A stretch of DNA of 64,000 bases from contig CACJRN010000002.1 in the NCBI GenBank assembly GCA_902595845.1, positions 78,294-142,293 on the forward strand, read 5' to 3'. A program made the position numbers and the translations under genes. Source of the DNA: an uncultured Gammaproteobacteria bacterium (GTDB lineage: Bacteria; Pseudomonadota; Gammaproteobacteria; Steroidobacterales; UBA11654). Under the pieces are notes generated by a model. The model saw only the letters and a list, made by a program, of their open reading frames with translations. It ran no database searches and was not told the origin of the DNA. Position 1 is the first letter of the stretch. Every line of letters begins with the position of its first letter. Below, one piece after another: positions 1-8,853 of the stretch.

Positions 1-680
1 TCGATGTCTTCGTTCTTCCATAAATCTGAGATTTCTGAAGGCTTCATCCCTCCATCAATTAATCCTGTTATCTGTGAGGATAAAGAATCTATTTTATTTG
101 TTAAGTGATCATGACCCATTTCATTTAAAAGCACAGGCCTGTTTCCAAATACCGAAATTATTGGAGCCCAGTCTACGTTTTCTTTTTCTTTAAGCCATTT
201 CATTGAATCTTCACTGCTTGGATGTCCACAATTTATGATTTGAGAACGACTGACGATTGTTTTAGGTAATTTCCCAGTTGATTCGGTGATGAGGATAATC
301 AGTGTATCCTTAGGCGGCTCCTCAAGTATTTTAAGTAAACTATTTGCAGCAGGATAAGTCATGCTTTCTGATGGGTAAATAATTCCAACTTTACCCTTGC
401 CCTTGAGACTGGTCAGTAATAATGACTCTTTTAGAGATCTGATTTGATCAATACTGATCGATTTCTTATCCTCCAACGGTGAAACAATGATTTCATCCTT
501 GATCTCAGATGTTTTATTTTGCTCATACCCAAGAAAGGTATCACTCAAAAACTTAGCAAGTATAAAACGTCCAATACCCGTATCTCCTTGTATCAAAAAT
601 GCATGCGCATTCTTATGTTCTTCGATAGCTTTCTGTAGAGGTAGATATGTTTCTCTTAACCATGGGTATTCATGAATCAT
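1..680 (-). CDS. holB: DNA polymerase III subunit delta-prime (partial; C-terminus lies beyond the window edge)
   Basis: Absent from the ORF track because it runs off the edge. My translation of the minus strand from ATG 680-678 gives MIHEYPWLRETYLPLQKAIEEHKNAHAFLIQGDTGIGRFILAKF...AANSLLKILEEPPKDTLIILITE...LPKTIVSRSQII, which carries clamp-loader delta-prime motifs. The start overlaps the tmk stop (ATGA). tmk-holB synteny matches E. coli. Confidence 0.85.
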   Translation of the reverse strand, partial: MIHEYPWLRETYLPLQKAIEEHKNAHAFLIQGDTGIGRFILAKFLSDTFLGYEQNKTSEIKDEIIVSPLEDKKSISIDQIRSLKESLLLTSLKGKGKVGIIYPSESMTYPAANSLLKILEEPPKDTLIILITESTGKLPKTIVSRSQIINCGHPSSEDSMKWLKEKENVDWAPIISVFGNRPVLLNEMGHDHLTNKIDSLSSQITGLIDGGMKPSEISDLWKNEDI

Positions 681-1303
681 AATTTGTCCCTGACCATTTC
701 ATTGATTAAGGTTTTGATTTGATCTTGAACATCATTAATATCTTTGGATGCATCAATGACTTTGATTCTATCTTTAAAGATTTGTGCCAACTCAAGATAT
801 CCATTTCTCACACGCTCAAAGAATTTCCTGTCTTCAGATTCAAATCGATCATTCGGATTTAATTTTCTTCTACTGGTAATAACTTCAAGAGGTGCATCCA
901 ATAAAATTGTCAGATCGGGCTCAAAGTCTTTTTGAATTAAGACTTTTAATTTGTTCACTTTATCAAAACCCAATTCTCTTCCAAATCCTTGATATGCAAA
1001 GCTTGCATCTGTGAAACGATCACAGATCACCCATGTCCCACTTTCAAGTGCAGGTTTTATGATTTCATTGATGTGTTTTTCTCGTGCAGCGAAAAGCAGA
1101 AGCAGTTCAGTCATTGGTGAGAGCGTGTCTTTCTTCTCAAATAGAAGTATATTCCTGATTTTCTCACCCACGCCTGACCCACCAGGCTCCCTTGTGACAA
1201 GGGTTTTGTATCCTTTTTTATTGAGTGTGCTTTCTATAAATTTGGCATTCGTCGACTTTCCAACGCATTCAATTCCTTCAATGGTTATAAATTGACCCGA
1301 CAT
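677..1303 (-). CDS. tmk: thymidylate kinase
   Basis: 208-aa ORF with P-loop FITIEGIECVGKST, TREPGG and a DRF...S..AYQG lid region typical of dTMP kinase. Confidence 0.95.
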   Translation of the reverse strand: MSGQFITIEGIECVGKSTNAKFIESTLNKKGYKTLVTREPGGSGVGEKIRNILLFEKKDTLSPMTELLLLFAAREKHINEIIKPALESGTWVICDRFTDASFAYQGFGRELGFDKVNKLKVLIQKDFEPDLTILLDAPLEVITSRRKLNPNDRFESEDRKFFERVRNGYLELAQIFKDRIKVIDASKDINDVQDQIKTLINEMVRDKL

Positions 1304-1349
1304 TAATATTTTTTCCCAGAATTTAGTACTGATTCAAAGATATATACTA

Positions 1350-1841
1350 TCAGTTATATTCAATAAGGTTGATGAGAAATCCATCGTGATCATAAAAAGA
1401 CATTTCCTTATAAAGACCGGCTTTAATATACTCACTGTCCCCCTTTTTTTCATATACAGTGGGTTCAACGAGAAATTCATAACCTTTCCTTTTAAGTACT
1501 TGATATATCTTCTCGTGATCTTTTGTATTCAAGACAATGACGCTTTGACCATATTGGATTGTTGGTTTCTCAAATGATTCATTCTTATCTAGGTTTTTTG
1601 AATTGATTTCAAATAAAGCAATGAGACCATGATCTGATTCTTGCGATTGTAGATAACTGATTCTCACGAAGCAATTCTCGTCTTCAATATTCATCAGCTC
1701 ATTTAATTCTTTTGATTGGATGGTTTTATTCTCTATCTCTTTAAAACCAAGAATATCTCTGTATAGCTCAAGTGATTGATCTAAATCACGGCAAAAGAGA
1801 GTAATTCTAGAAACCGGTGTTGTGCTAAAACCATTTCCCAT
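1350..1841 (-). CDS. VOC (glyoxalase/bleomycin-resistance/dioxygenase) family protein
   Basis: 163-aa ORF. The N-terminal ITLFCRDLDQSLELYRDILGF pattern and C-terminal FYDHDGFLINL are typical VOC beta-alpha-beta-beta-beta modules. Confidence 0.7.
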   Translation of the reverse strand: MGNGFSTTPVSRITLFCRDLDQSLELYRDILGFKEIENKTIQSKELNELMNIEDENCFVRISYLQSQESDHGLIALFEINSKNLDKNESFEKPTIQYGQSVIVLNTKDHEKIYQVLKRKGYEFLVEPTVYEKKGDSEYIKAGLYKEMSFYDHDGFLINLIEYN

Positions 1842-1846
1842 AAAAC

Positions 1847-2305
1847 TTAGAGCCTTTGATTACACTCCATGAAATGACCATCTGGATCATATAAACCGAG
1901 TGACTTGACATGTACATCATTTCCATCGGCGCCAGGGTAGATGGTTTCGCTCAATGGCGCTCTCATTTTTGCACCAAACTTGAGAGCCTTTTCATAGAGC
2001 TCCTCAACATCATCAACCCCAACTACAAAGACCGATGAGCCATATTTAAAGTCAAATTCCACTGCTGGAAATTCTTCCTCAGGATCAATTGGCTTTAGTA
2101 ATCCAATCATTCCTACAACTGGGTCCTGTGCTTTTAAGATGATCAAATGAATTTTGTCACCTGCTTTCGTCCCAGGCAAAAGATCATTCTCCACCGTTAC
2201 TTCATTGTTGTAATAGGTTTCCATGCCTAAGAGTTCAGTATAGAACTCATAGGATTTCTGGATGTCTCTTACTTTGAGTGTCGTTCTTCTAATAATATTT
2301 TTCAT
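1847..2305 (-). CDS. VOC (glyoxalase-like) family protein
   Basis: 152-aa ORF with TLKVRDIQKSYEFYTELLGM and LYDPDGHFMEC motifs of the VOC fold. It sits in tandem with the preceding VOC gene. Confidence 0.7.
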   Translation of the reverse strand: MKNIIRRTTLKVRDIQKSYEFYTELLGMETYYNNEVTVENDLLPGTKAGDKIHLIILKAQDPVVGMIGLLKPIDPEEEFPAVEFDFKYGSSVFVVGVDDVEELYEKALKFGAKMRAPLSETIYPGADGNDVHVKSLGLYDPDGHFMECNQRL

Positions 2306-2340
2306 AAATTATATTTTCCTTGAATCATAGAAAATACACA

Positions 2341-2375
2341 AAAAAAACGGCATGAGTTTTCATGCCGTTTTTTTT
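2341..2375 (-). terminator. Rho-independent terminator downstream of acpP (symmetric, potentially bidirectional)
   Basis: A7-CGGCATGA-GTTT-TCATGCCG-T8. This is a perfect 8-bp stem flanked by A and T runs, 18 nt after the acpP stop. Confidence 0.8.
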
Positions 2376-2392
2376 AAGTTTGGTTTTTTTCT

Positions 2393-2623
2393 TTATGAGT
2401 TTTTATTGATGTAATCAATAGCTGATTGGACAGTCGATATATTCTCGGCTTCGTCATCTGATATTTCAATATCAAATTCTTCTTCAAGAGCCATAACCAA
2501 TTCAACAGTATCCAGGGAGTCAGCTCCTAGATCATCAATAAAGCTAGATTCATTCTTAATTTCTTCAACACCAATGCTTAGTTGTTCTGCAACAATGCCT
2601 TTTACTCTTTCTTCAACGCTCAT
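2393..2623 (-). CDS. acpP: acyl carrier protein
   Basis: 76-aa ORF with the phosphopantetheine attachment motif [20 protein letters not shown]. Confidence 0.97.
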   Translation of the reverse strand: MSVEERVKGIVAEQLSIGVEEIKNESSFIDDLGADSLDTVELVMALEEEFDIEISDDEAENISTVQSAIDYINKNS

Positions 2624-2703
2624 GTTTTTCCCCTAAATTAAAAAAAGATTGTTGTATTTTATGGAAATTGCTTCGTTTCTCAAGCAGTTTTAAGCAATAT
2701 TCC

Positions 2704-3462
2704 TTATTCCATGTGCATTCCACCATTCACATGAATGGTTTGCCCAGTAATGTAGGAACCTGATTCTGAAGCCAAAAAAAGAGCAACTTTGGCTACATCT
2801 TCAGGAGATCCAAATCGATTCATAGGTATCTTTTCCATTAGTGCATCACTCAGTTCACTTTTAATGTCTTTTGTCATATCAGTCGTGATATATCCAGGTG
2901 CAATGTTATTGACCGTAATACCTCTTGATCCAACTTCCAATGCCAGTGATTTTGTAAAACCGAGAAGTGCAGCTTTGCTAGCACTGTAGTGAGCGTTTCC
3001 TATTGCACCTATGGATCCAACAACTGAACCAATATTGATGATTCTTCCCTTTCTATTTTTCATCATTCCTGACACAGCAGCTTTACATAAATAGAACGCT
3101 GAAGATAAGTTTGTATCTATGATCTTTTTCCAATCATCTTCTTTTATTCTCATCAAAAGACTTTCTAAGCTGATACCTGCATTATTAATGAGTATTGAGG
3201 GCAATAAGTCTCTTTCCTTTAGATCCTTGATCATTTTGTTGACATCATCAGAGTTAGAAACATCCAAGACGATACCTTCTCCTTTAGTGCTATCTTGATT
3301 GAATCTTTTTGATATTGATTCTGCTCCTTCTTTTGTAGTTGCAGTACCTATGACATATGAACCTGACTCAGCAAATAATTTTGCAATGCCAGCACCAATA
3401 CCTCTTGATGCACCCGTTATCAGCGTTATTTCATTATCAAGTCTGTTTAAATCTGTACTCAT
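2704..3462 (-). CDS. fabG: 3-oxoacyl-ACP reductase
   Basis: SDR with TGASRGIG cofactor motif, NNAG, and the YSASKAA catalytic Tyr-x3-Lys. It lies immediately upstream of acpP. I moved the start to the internal ATG at 3462 (MSTDLNRLDNEITLITGASRGIG). The 273-aa track ORF (to 3525) would overlap the upstream MFS gene. Confidence 0.9.
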   Translation of the reverse strand: MSTDLNRLDNEITLITGASRGIGAGIAKLFAESGSYVIGTATTKEGAESISKRFNQDSTKGEGIVLDVSNSDDVNKMIKDLKERDLLPSILINNAGISLESLLMRIKEDDWKKIIDTNLSSAFYLCKAAVSGMMKNRKGRIINIGSVVGSIGAIGNAHYSASKAALLGFTKSLALEVGSRGITVNNIAPGYITTDMTKDIKSELSDALMEKIPMNRFGSPEDVAKVALFLASESGSYITGQTIHVNGGMHME

Positions 3463-3484
3463 TGGTTGATTATACTTCAAAAAA

Positions 3485-4747
3485 CTATCCAGATTCAGCT
3501 TTGCTTCTCTCAATCTCATTGTCATTTACATCTAAAAACAATGAAAAAATTAGACCCAAACAAGTAATACAAGTGATGATCAAGAAAGAAGTCTGATAGT
3601 TACCAGTCATATCAAAAAATAAGGCAGTCATCACAGGGCCAAGTCCCGATCCTATTGTATCGGTGAGATTAATTAATCCCGTGATTTTTCCTAATGATCT
3701 CAAGCCAAATAAATCAGCAGATAAAAGTTGCTTTAGTGTATAGATGCCACCAAAACCTGTTCCAAAAATACCCAAGCCAAACCATATAAATAAAGCATCT
3801 TTGGTACCCGCTGCTATCGTCAGAAGAATTGAACCTGAGATAAACCCAATGAAATATGAGATTAAAACCTTTTTTCTTCCAAATCGTTCAGCAAAAAATC
3901 CACATGATATTTTTCCAAGTAAACTACCCATGAATAATATCGTTGCACTTACCGATGCAACTTGCCTGTCAAAACCACTGTCTCTTAAAAAAAGGAATGC
4001 ATTGGTGGTCATTCCCATCATTGTATAAAAAATGCACATTGCCATTAGAATCAGGAACCAGAGGTTTTTTGATTTAAGTGCTTCTGTGAATAAAAAACCA
4101 GACATGAGAACATCTTTTTGATTTGATGAAGATCTTGTCTGAATAGGCCTCTCATGAAGTAAAAAAAGTACTATGACAATCATGATCAAAGGAATAAAAG
4201 CATTGAAGTAAATGACTGATCTCCAGTCCATATAATTCAATAGCCATGCATAAAATGGAGTTAAGAAGGCCGAGCCAATACTGGATCCAGCAGCCATAAT
4301 CCCAAGCCCCAGCGCCCTATTCTTAGTAAACCACTTTGAAATTAAAATCACATTGGTTAATGAGCCAACAAATATTAAACAAGGTCCGAAGCCAAGATAT
4401 ATAAGATAGATATCAGTGAGCATTTCAACATCGACAAAAATAAAGTAGAGCAATGAGAATAATAATAAGCCAGTAAGCATAATTGGTTTTACACCAAACT
4501 TATCTGCAAAAGTACCGCTGAGAAATCCAAAACCTGCAGCTGACCAGATCATGATAGATTCTCTGAATTTTAATTCAGCCCTCGATATGGGTTCTCCAGA
4601 TGCAGTCTTGAGATTCTCGAGAAGTAAATCATCAAAAACAGTAGGCCCACCAAATGTCATCCCATTGACAACGGTCATCAACAGAAAAGAAATTGCAAGT
4701 ATGACCCAGCGGTAATTTGGGTTTTTATTTTGAATAATGGATATCAA
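3485..4747 (-). CDS. MFS transporter (OFA/MCT-like), paralog 1
   Basis: 420-aa polytopic ORF with about 12 hydrophobic segments and an LISKWF..NR.LGLG motif. It is clearly homologous along its whole length to the adjacent 424-aa ORF. Confidence 0.8.
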   Translation of the reverse strand: MISIIQNKNPNYRWVILAISFLLMTVVNGMTFGGPTVFDDLLLENLKTASGEPISRAELKFRESIMIWSAAGFGFLSGTFADKFGVKPIMLTGLLLFSLLYFIFVDVEMLTDIYLIYLGFGPCLIFVGSLTNVILISKWFTKNRALGLGIMAAGSSIGSAFLTPFYAWLLNYMDWRSVIYFNAFIPLIMIVIVLFLLHERPIQTRSSSNQKDVLMSGFLFTEALKSKNLWFLILMAMCIFYTMMGMTTNAFLFLRDSGFDRQVASVSATILFMGSLLGKISCGFFAERFGRKKVLISYFIGFISGSILLTIAAGTKDALFIWFGLGIFGTGFGGIYTLKQLLSADLFGLRSLGKITGLINLTDTIGSGLGPVMTALFFDMTGNYQTSFLIITCITCLGLIFSLFLDVNDNEIERSKAESG

Positions 4748-4749
4748 GC

Positions 4750-6024
4750 TTATCTGCTTTGTTCTATTGCTTCATCATCAATTTTAAGCATTGAAGATGA
4801 AATTAAAGCGATCACTAAGAGTGCAGAAATGACCAGAAATGGCAGTAGATAGTTTTGTGTTGAATCATAAATAACAGCTGTGATGATAGGTCCCAGTCCT
4901 CCGCCAATTGTATCTATAATATTGATTACTCCCATTATTTTTCCAATTGCAATGAGACCAAATAAATCTGCTACAAGAAGCTGAATCAAAGTGTATAGAC
5001 CGCCCCATCCTGTTCCATAGAGCGTAAGGCCGATCCATATCAATAAGGGATTCTTATAAAAGATTGAACTTACGATTAAGAGCGATCCAAGTAGCATCAT
5101 TGCTACTCCACCAACGAGTACTATTTTTCGTCCAATCATCTCTGCCAACTTGCCGCTGATTACTTTACCGATAAAACCACCGATGAAGATTATAGAGACA
5201 CCGGTTGCAGATATTTGTGGAGAGTATCCCTCTCCATCTAACATCAGAAATACATGACCAATCATTGCCAATATGGAATAAAAGGTACAGAAAGCCATTA
5301 CAGATAAGAACCAAAAATTCGCTGATCTTAATGTTTGTTGAAGTGTGAAGCCTCCTTCAATACTGGATGCTTTAAAATCATTTTTAGCTTGATTATCTTC
5401 TCTGACTGCTACATCTTCTGGCTTTTCTTTAATGAATGCGAATAGAACCGGAATATAAGCCAATGGAATCAAAGCCAGCCATATCATTACTTGACGCCAG
5501 TCACCATCACTGATGGTTAGTAGATAAGTATTTATTTGTGGAAATATTCCATTTCCAACACTCGTACCAGCAAGCAAGACCCCTATGGCCAATCCTCTAT
5601 TATCATTGAACCATTTTGATATAAGAACGACATTGATTACCATCCCAGACATGCTTAATACCATTCCCTGAAATATATGAATGATATACATATCGGTCAA
5701 AGAATCAGATTGAGCGTAATAATAGAAAGTCGCAGATAGCAAGAACATGCCAGAAATCATCAAGGCTCGAACGCCTACCCGGTCAATAATAATTCCTGCT
5801 ATAAATGCAAAAACAGCAGTAGACCAAAGTGTGATTGCGTCCTTAAGCTTTAACTCTTGCCTTAGAACTTCTTCGCCAGTAACTTCAGATAAATAATCAA
5901 GCAATTCTCTATCGAAAACAACCAATCCACCCAGCGTTAAACCATTTGTGAAAGTTATTGTGAAAAAGCAGACCGCTAAAATAATCCAGCGATAATTGTT
6001 TGGGTTTTTAATTATTGAATACAT
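4750..6024 (-). CDS. MFS transporter (OFA/MCT-like), paralog 2
   Basis: 424-aa polytopic ORF. Blocks shared with 3485-4747 include NYRW.ILA, LISKWF.(D/K)NR.L, and LYTL.QLL.ADLFGL...GKI.G.IN..DTIG.GLGP. Confidence 0.8.
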   Translation of the reverse strand: MYSIIKNPNNYRWIILAVCFFTITFTNGLTLGGLVVFDRELLDYLSEVTGEEVLRQELKLKDAITLWSTAVFAFIAGIIIDRVGVRALMISGMFLLSATFYYYAQSDSLTDMYIIHIFQGMVLSMSGMVINVVLISKWFNDNRGLAIGVLLAGTSVGNGIFPQINTYLLTISDGDWRQVMIWLALIPLAYIPVLFAFIKEKPEDVAVREDNQAKNDFKASSIEGGFTLQQTLRSANFWFLSVMAFCTFYSILAMIGHVFLMLDGEGYSPQISATGVSIIFIGGFIGKVISGKLAEMIGRKIVLVGGVAMMLLGSLLIVSSIFYKNPLLIWIGLTLYGTGWGGLYTLIQLLVADLFGLIAIGKIMGVINIIDTIGGGLGPIITAVIYDSTQNYLLPFLVISALLVIALISSSMLKIDDEAIEQSR

Positions 6025-6123
6025 TCAAAGGTGAGAAAAGTTTTATACTTGATCAAAACATACAGTATTCTATAGCTAATCAAAAGTATTATTTAAAAGC
6101 ATCAAAAGACGGGAGTTAATTAT

Positions 6124-7023
6124 ATGTTGAAGTCAATAATGATGGTCACCATGCTTGTTACGAATCTCAACGTAACAGAAGAGGCGTATAACGAATATTT
6201 GGATTATGAAGTCGTATCACAAGGCATTGTAGATGAGGGTCTTGCAGAGGTTTGGGGTGCTGAAGCAATGGTTGATCATCCCTATGTAATTATGCAGCCA
6301 AGCAGCGGTGAACCGGTTTATTTAAGATTCATTGAGGATGAGGAGAAGATGAATTATAGACCTATGGGAACACATGGATGGAATTCGACTGAAATATTGG
6401 TACAAAACCCAGATCAATTGGCTACTGAGCTTGAGTCATCAGCATTTGAAATCATTGGCATGCCATATGACTTATACCCTACACCAGATGCTCCTAGGGC
6501 AATGCAGGTTTTGGGCCCATCTGATGAAGTTTTATATTTGACTAGAATCATTCCGGAGGGCTCAGGCTTTAATCTGGGCTCAGCTCAATCTTATGTCGAT
6601 CGAGTATTCATAATGGTGCTTGGGGGAGCTTCTATGGAGTCATTAAGAGAATATTATAAGACTTCGTTTGATATGCCTGTGACAGAGGCTTCTGATTGGA
6701 AAATTGGAGTCCTTGCTAGAATGAATAATCTACCAGATGATTCGGTGTTCCCTTTAGCATTAGTTGAGTTTGAAGAGAATTTCTTAATAGAACTCGATGA
6801 ATGGAATAATGGCGATACTTTTGAGCCAAGACAAGTAAAAGAAGGTCATTTACCGCCATCAACATCAATGGTTTCTTTCTCTACAAACTCAATTGATCAG
6901 ATAAATGTTGAATGGAAGCATGAACCTCAATCGATAGAAGCATTTCCATACAATGGAAGCAAAGTTGGAGTAACTGTGGGGATTGCAGGGGAGTGGATTG
7001 AGATTATTGAATGGAATAATTAA
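6124..7023 (+). CDS. two-domain VOC-like protein of unknown function (paralog of 31250-32122)
   Basis: 299-aa ORF. It aligns by eye with the 290-aa ORF at 31250 through FRFIE/LRFIE, G(T)(H/Y)GWN..E(I)LV, F(E)(I/V)IG.P.DL, RAMQ(V/I)LGPS.E..YLT, LIELDE, G.LP...S.VSF and GE.IEII. Confidence 0.5.
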   Translation: MLKSIMMVTMLVTNLNVTEEAYNEYLDYEVVSQGIVDEGLAEVWGAEAMVDHPYVIMQPSSGEPVYLRFIEDEEKMNYRPMGTHGWNSTEILVQNPDQLATELESSAFEIIGMPYDLYPTPDAPRAMQVLGPSDEVLYLTRIIPEGSGFNLGSAQSYVDRVFIMVLGGASMESLREYYKTSFDMPVTEASDWKIGVLARMNNLPDDSVFPLALVEFEENFLIELDEWNNGDTFEPRQVKEGHLPPSTSMVSFSTNSIDQINVEWKHEPQSIEAFPYNGSKVGVTVGIAGEWIEIIEWNN

Positions 7024-7999
7024 ATTGAAAAAGATTATTCTGATAGTAATCGCTCTATTTGGATTAATTTCAATCGTTGTTGATCAGAGAACCAATCTTC
7101 TTATTTATTTAATGACCACAGAGGGGTTGCCTGATTTATTGGAACCCAAAGATGAAGGAGATGAAGTTAGATGGTTTGATGATTACTATACGATTCAAAA
7201 AATAGATGAACGAACTTTTGCTATTGGAGAGCCAAGATATTATCAGCTGAACTTTAACTACCTTATTATTGGTGATACTAGGGCAGTTATTTTTGATGCT
7301 GGTACTGGACAGAGAGATATTCGTAGAGTCGTAGAAAGTCTTACCAGTCTTCCAATTACATTTATTCCTTCACATTTACATTATGACCATATTGGAAATG
7401 AAGTCATCTTTGAGAAAACTGCACTTGTTGACTTACCACATTTAAGAAAGCGTGCAATTGATAATAAACTGCCTCTAACTCGATATGAACATCTTGGTGA
7501 AGTCGAAGGGTATCCATTGCCTGAAATTAAAGTAAGTGAATGGTTAGCTCCAAATGAGACAATTGACTTAGGTGGAAGGCTTTTAATGGTTCTCTATACA
7601 CCTGGCCATACTGAAGATTCAATTTCTCTATTTGATAAAGAGTCTGGTTATCTATTTTCAGGTGATTTTCTGTACCCTGGAGAATTATATGGATTTCTGC
7701 CAAATAGTAATATGGGCGATTATTTACAAGGTGCTGAAACAATAGAGTCACTTGGCGAGATGAGCTTGCGAGTATTTGGAGCTCACAGAGATGACACGAT
7801 TGGAATGCCTGAGCTAAATTTAGAACATGTCATAAGATTACGAGATGCCTTGATAGACATTCATTCTGGGAAATTAAAATCTAATGGAATTTATCCTGTT
7901 AGTTACAAGGTTGATGAAAGGGTCGAGCTTCTATCAGAGCCTAAGTGGTTACAAGATTGGGATCCAATTTACCCTGAGCTGAATTTAAAGAAAAACTAA
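6983..7999 (+). CDS. MBL-fold metallo-hydrolase with N-terminal membrane anchor
   Basis: 338-aa ORF with HLHYDHIGN (HxHxDH) and a downstream TPGHTEDS motif, preceded by the hydrophobic segment IILIVIALFGLISIVV. The start is uncertain. An in-frame TTG at 7025 would remove the 41-nt overlap with the upstream gene. Confidence 0.8.
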   Translation: MQGSGLRLLNGIIKLKKIILIVIALFGLISIVVDQRTNLLIYLMTTEGLPDLLEPKDEGDEVRWFDDYYTIQKIDERTFAIGEPRYYQLNFNYLIIGDTRAVIFDAGTGQRDIRRVVESLTSLPITFIPSHLHYDHIGNEVIFEKTALVDLPHLRKRAIDNKLPLTRYEHLGEVEGYPLPEIKVSEWLAPNETIDLGGRLLMVLYTPGHTEDSISLFDKESGYLFSGDFLYPGELYGFLPNSNMGDYLQGAETIESLGEMSLRVFGAHRDDTIGMPELNLEHVIRLRDALIDIHSGKLKSNGIYPVSYKVDERVELLSEPKWLQDWDPIYPELNLKKN

Positions 8000-8838
8000 T
8001 TATCGAAATATTTACCTTTCTTTTTTAAGCCTTGGAATAGCTCATCTCTTTTTTCCATCTTTGCTAAAAAAGTTTCCTTCAAGTCATCTTCGTATTTCAT
8101 AGCAGCATTCCATAGTGCAACATAATTCAATGATTCATCGACACTATGATCGCGACTATAGTTAATGATTTCTTTTATGCCACTGATAGCCAAAGGCGAC
8201 TTGCTGGCAATTTCCCTAGCTGTGTCCATTGCGTGATCTAACATGGATTCATGATCATCAAATATTGCACTGATGAGACCATATCTTTCTGCTTCATCAG
8301 CCATCATCTTTCTTCCAGTCAGTGCTAAATCTCTGACGATGCCTTCTGGAATTAATTTAGGGAGTCTCTGAAGAGTCCCGACATCTGCCACAAGCCCTAG
8401 ATTGGTTTCTTGGATACAGAAGAATGCATCTGATGTTGCATATCGAATATCACAGGCACTGATCATATCAACCCCTCCCCCAACACATGCTCCTTGAATT
8501 GCAACAATTACAGGAACACGTGACTTTTCGAGTGATGAGAAACTATATTGCAAATCTTTTGTGAGTCGATAAATTGCTTCATTTTGAAGGCCTTGGTGAT
8601 CATCTTTTCCAGCAAGATCAGAGTCAGTAAAGTTTCCTAGATCCATTCCAGCAGTAAAATGTTTTCCTTCCGCAGAAATTAATATCACCCTGGCTTTGCC
8701 TTCATTTGAGATTTCATCAATTAAATTAGGTAACTCAGACCAGAACTCCTTGATCATCGTATTGAGTTCGTCACCCCTGATCAATGTCACATGGGCGATA
8801 TGATCCTCAAGACTATATTTAAAGCATTTATATTTCAT
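7996..8838 (-). CDS. enoyl-CoA hydratase/isomerase (crotonase) family protein, dienoyl-CoA-isomerase-like
   Basis: 280-aa ORF with the crotonase oxyanion-hole pattern (KHFTAGMDL, IQGACVGGGVDMISACDIRY). Confidence 0.85.
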   Translation of the reverse strand: MKYKCFKYSLEDHIAHVTLIRGDELNTMIKEFWSELPNLIDEISNEGKARVILISAEGKHFTAGMDLGNFTDSDLAGKDDHQGLQNEAIYRLTKDLQYSFSSLEKSRVPVIVAIQGACVGGGVDMISACDIRYATSDAFFCIQETNLGLVADVGTLQRLPKLIPEGIVRDLALTGRKMMADEAERYGLISAIFDDHESMLDHAMDTAREIASKSPLAISGIKEIINYSRDHSVDESLNYVALWNAAMKYEDDLKETFLAKMEKRDELFQGLKKKGKYFDN

Positions 8839-8853
8839 AATTGGTACAGAATA

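Noticed and set aside
487-675. 62-aa plus-strand track ORF.
   Set aside because: It lies entirely antisense to the holB coding sequence, which has a clear motif-bearing translation. It is a spurious shadow ORF.
3463-3525. N-terminal extensions of track ORFs: fabG to 3525, leuD from 43731, hisB from 48972, the ASST-like gene to 10266, and HMGL to 31199.
   Set aside because: The extensions overlap the preceding gene or a terminator and add non-conserved residues. Internal ATGs give family-typical N-termini, so the shorter models were used.
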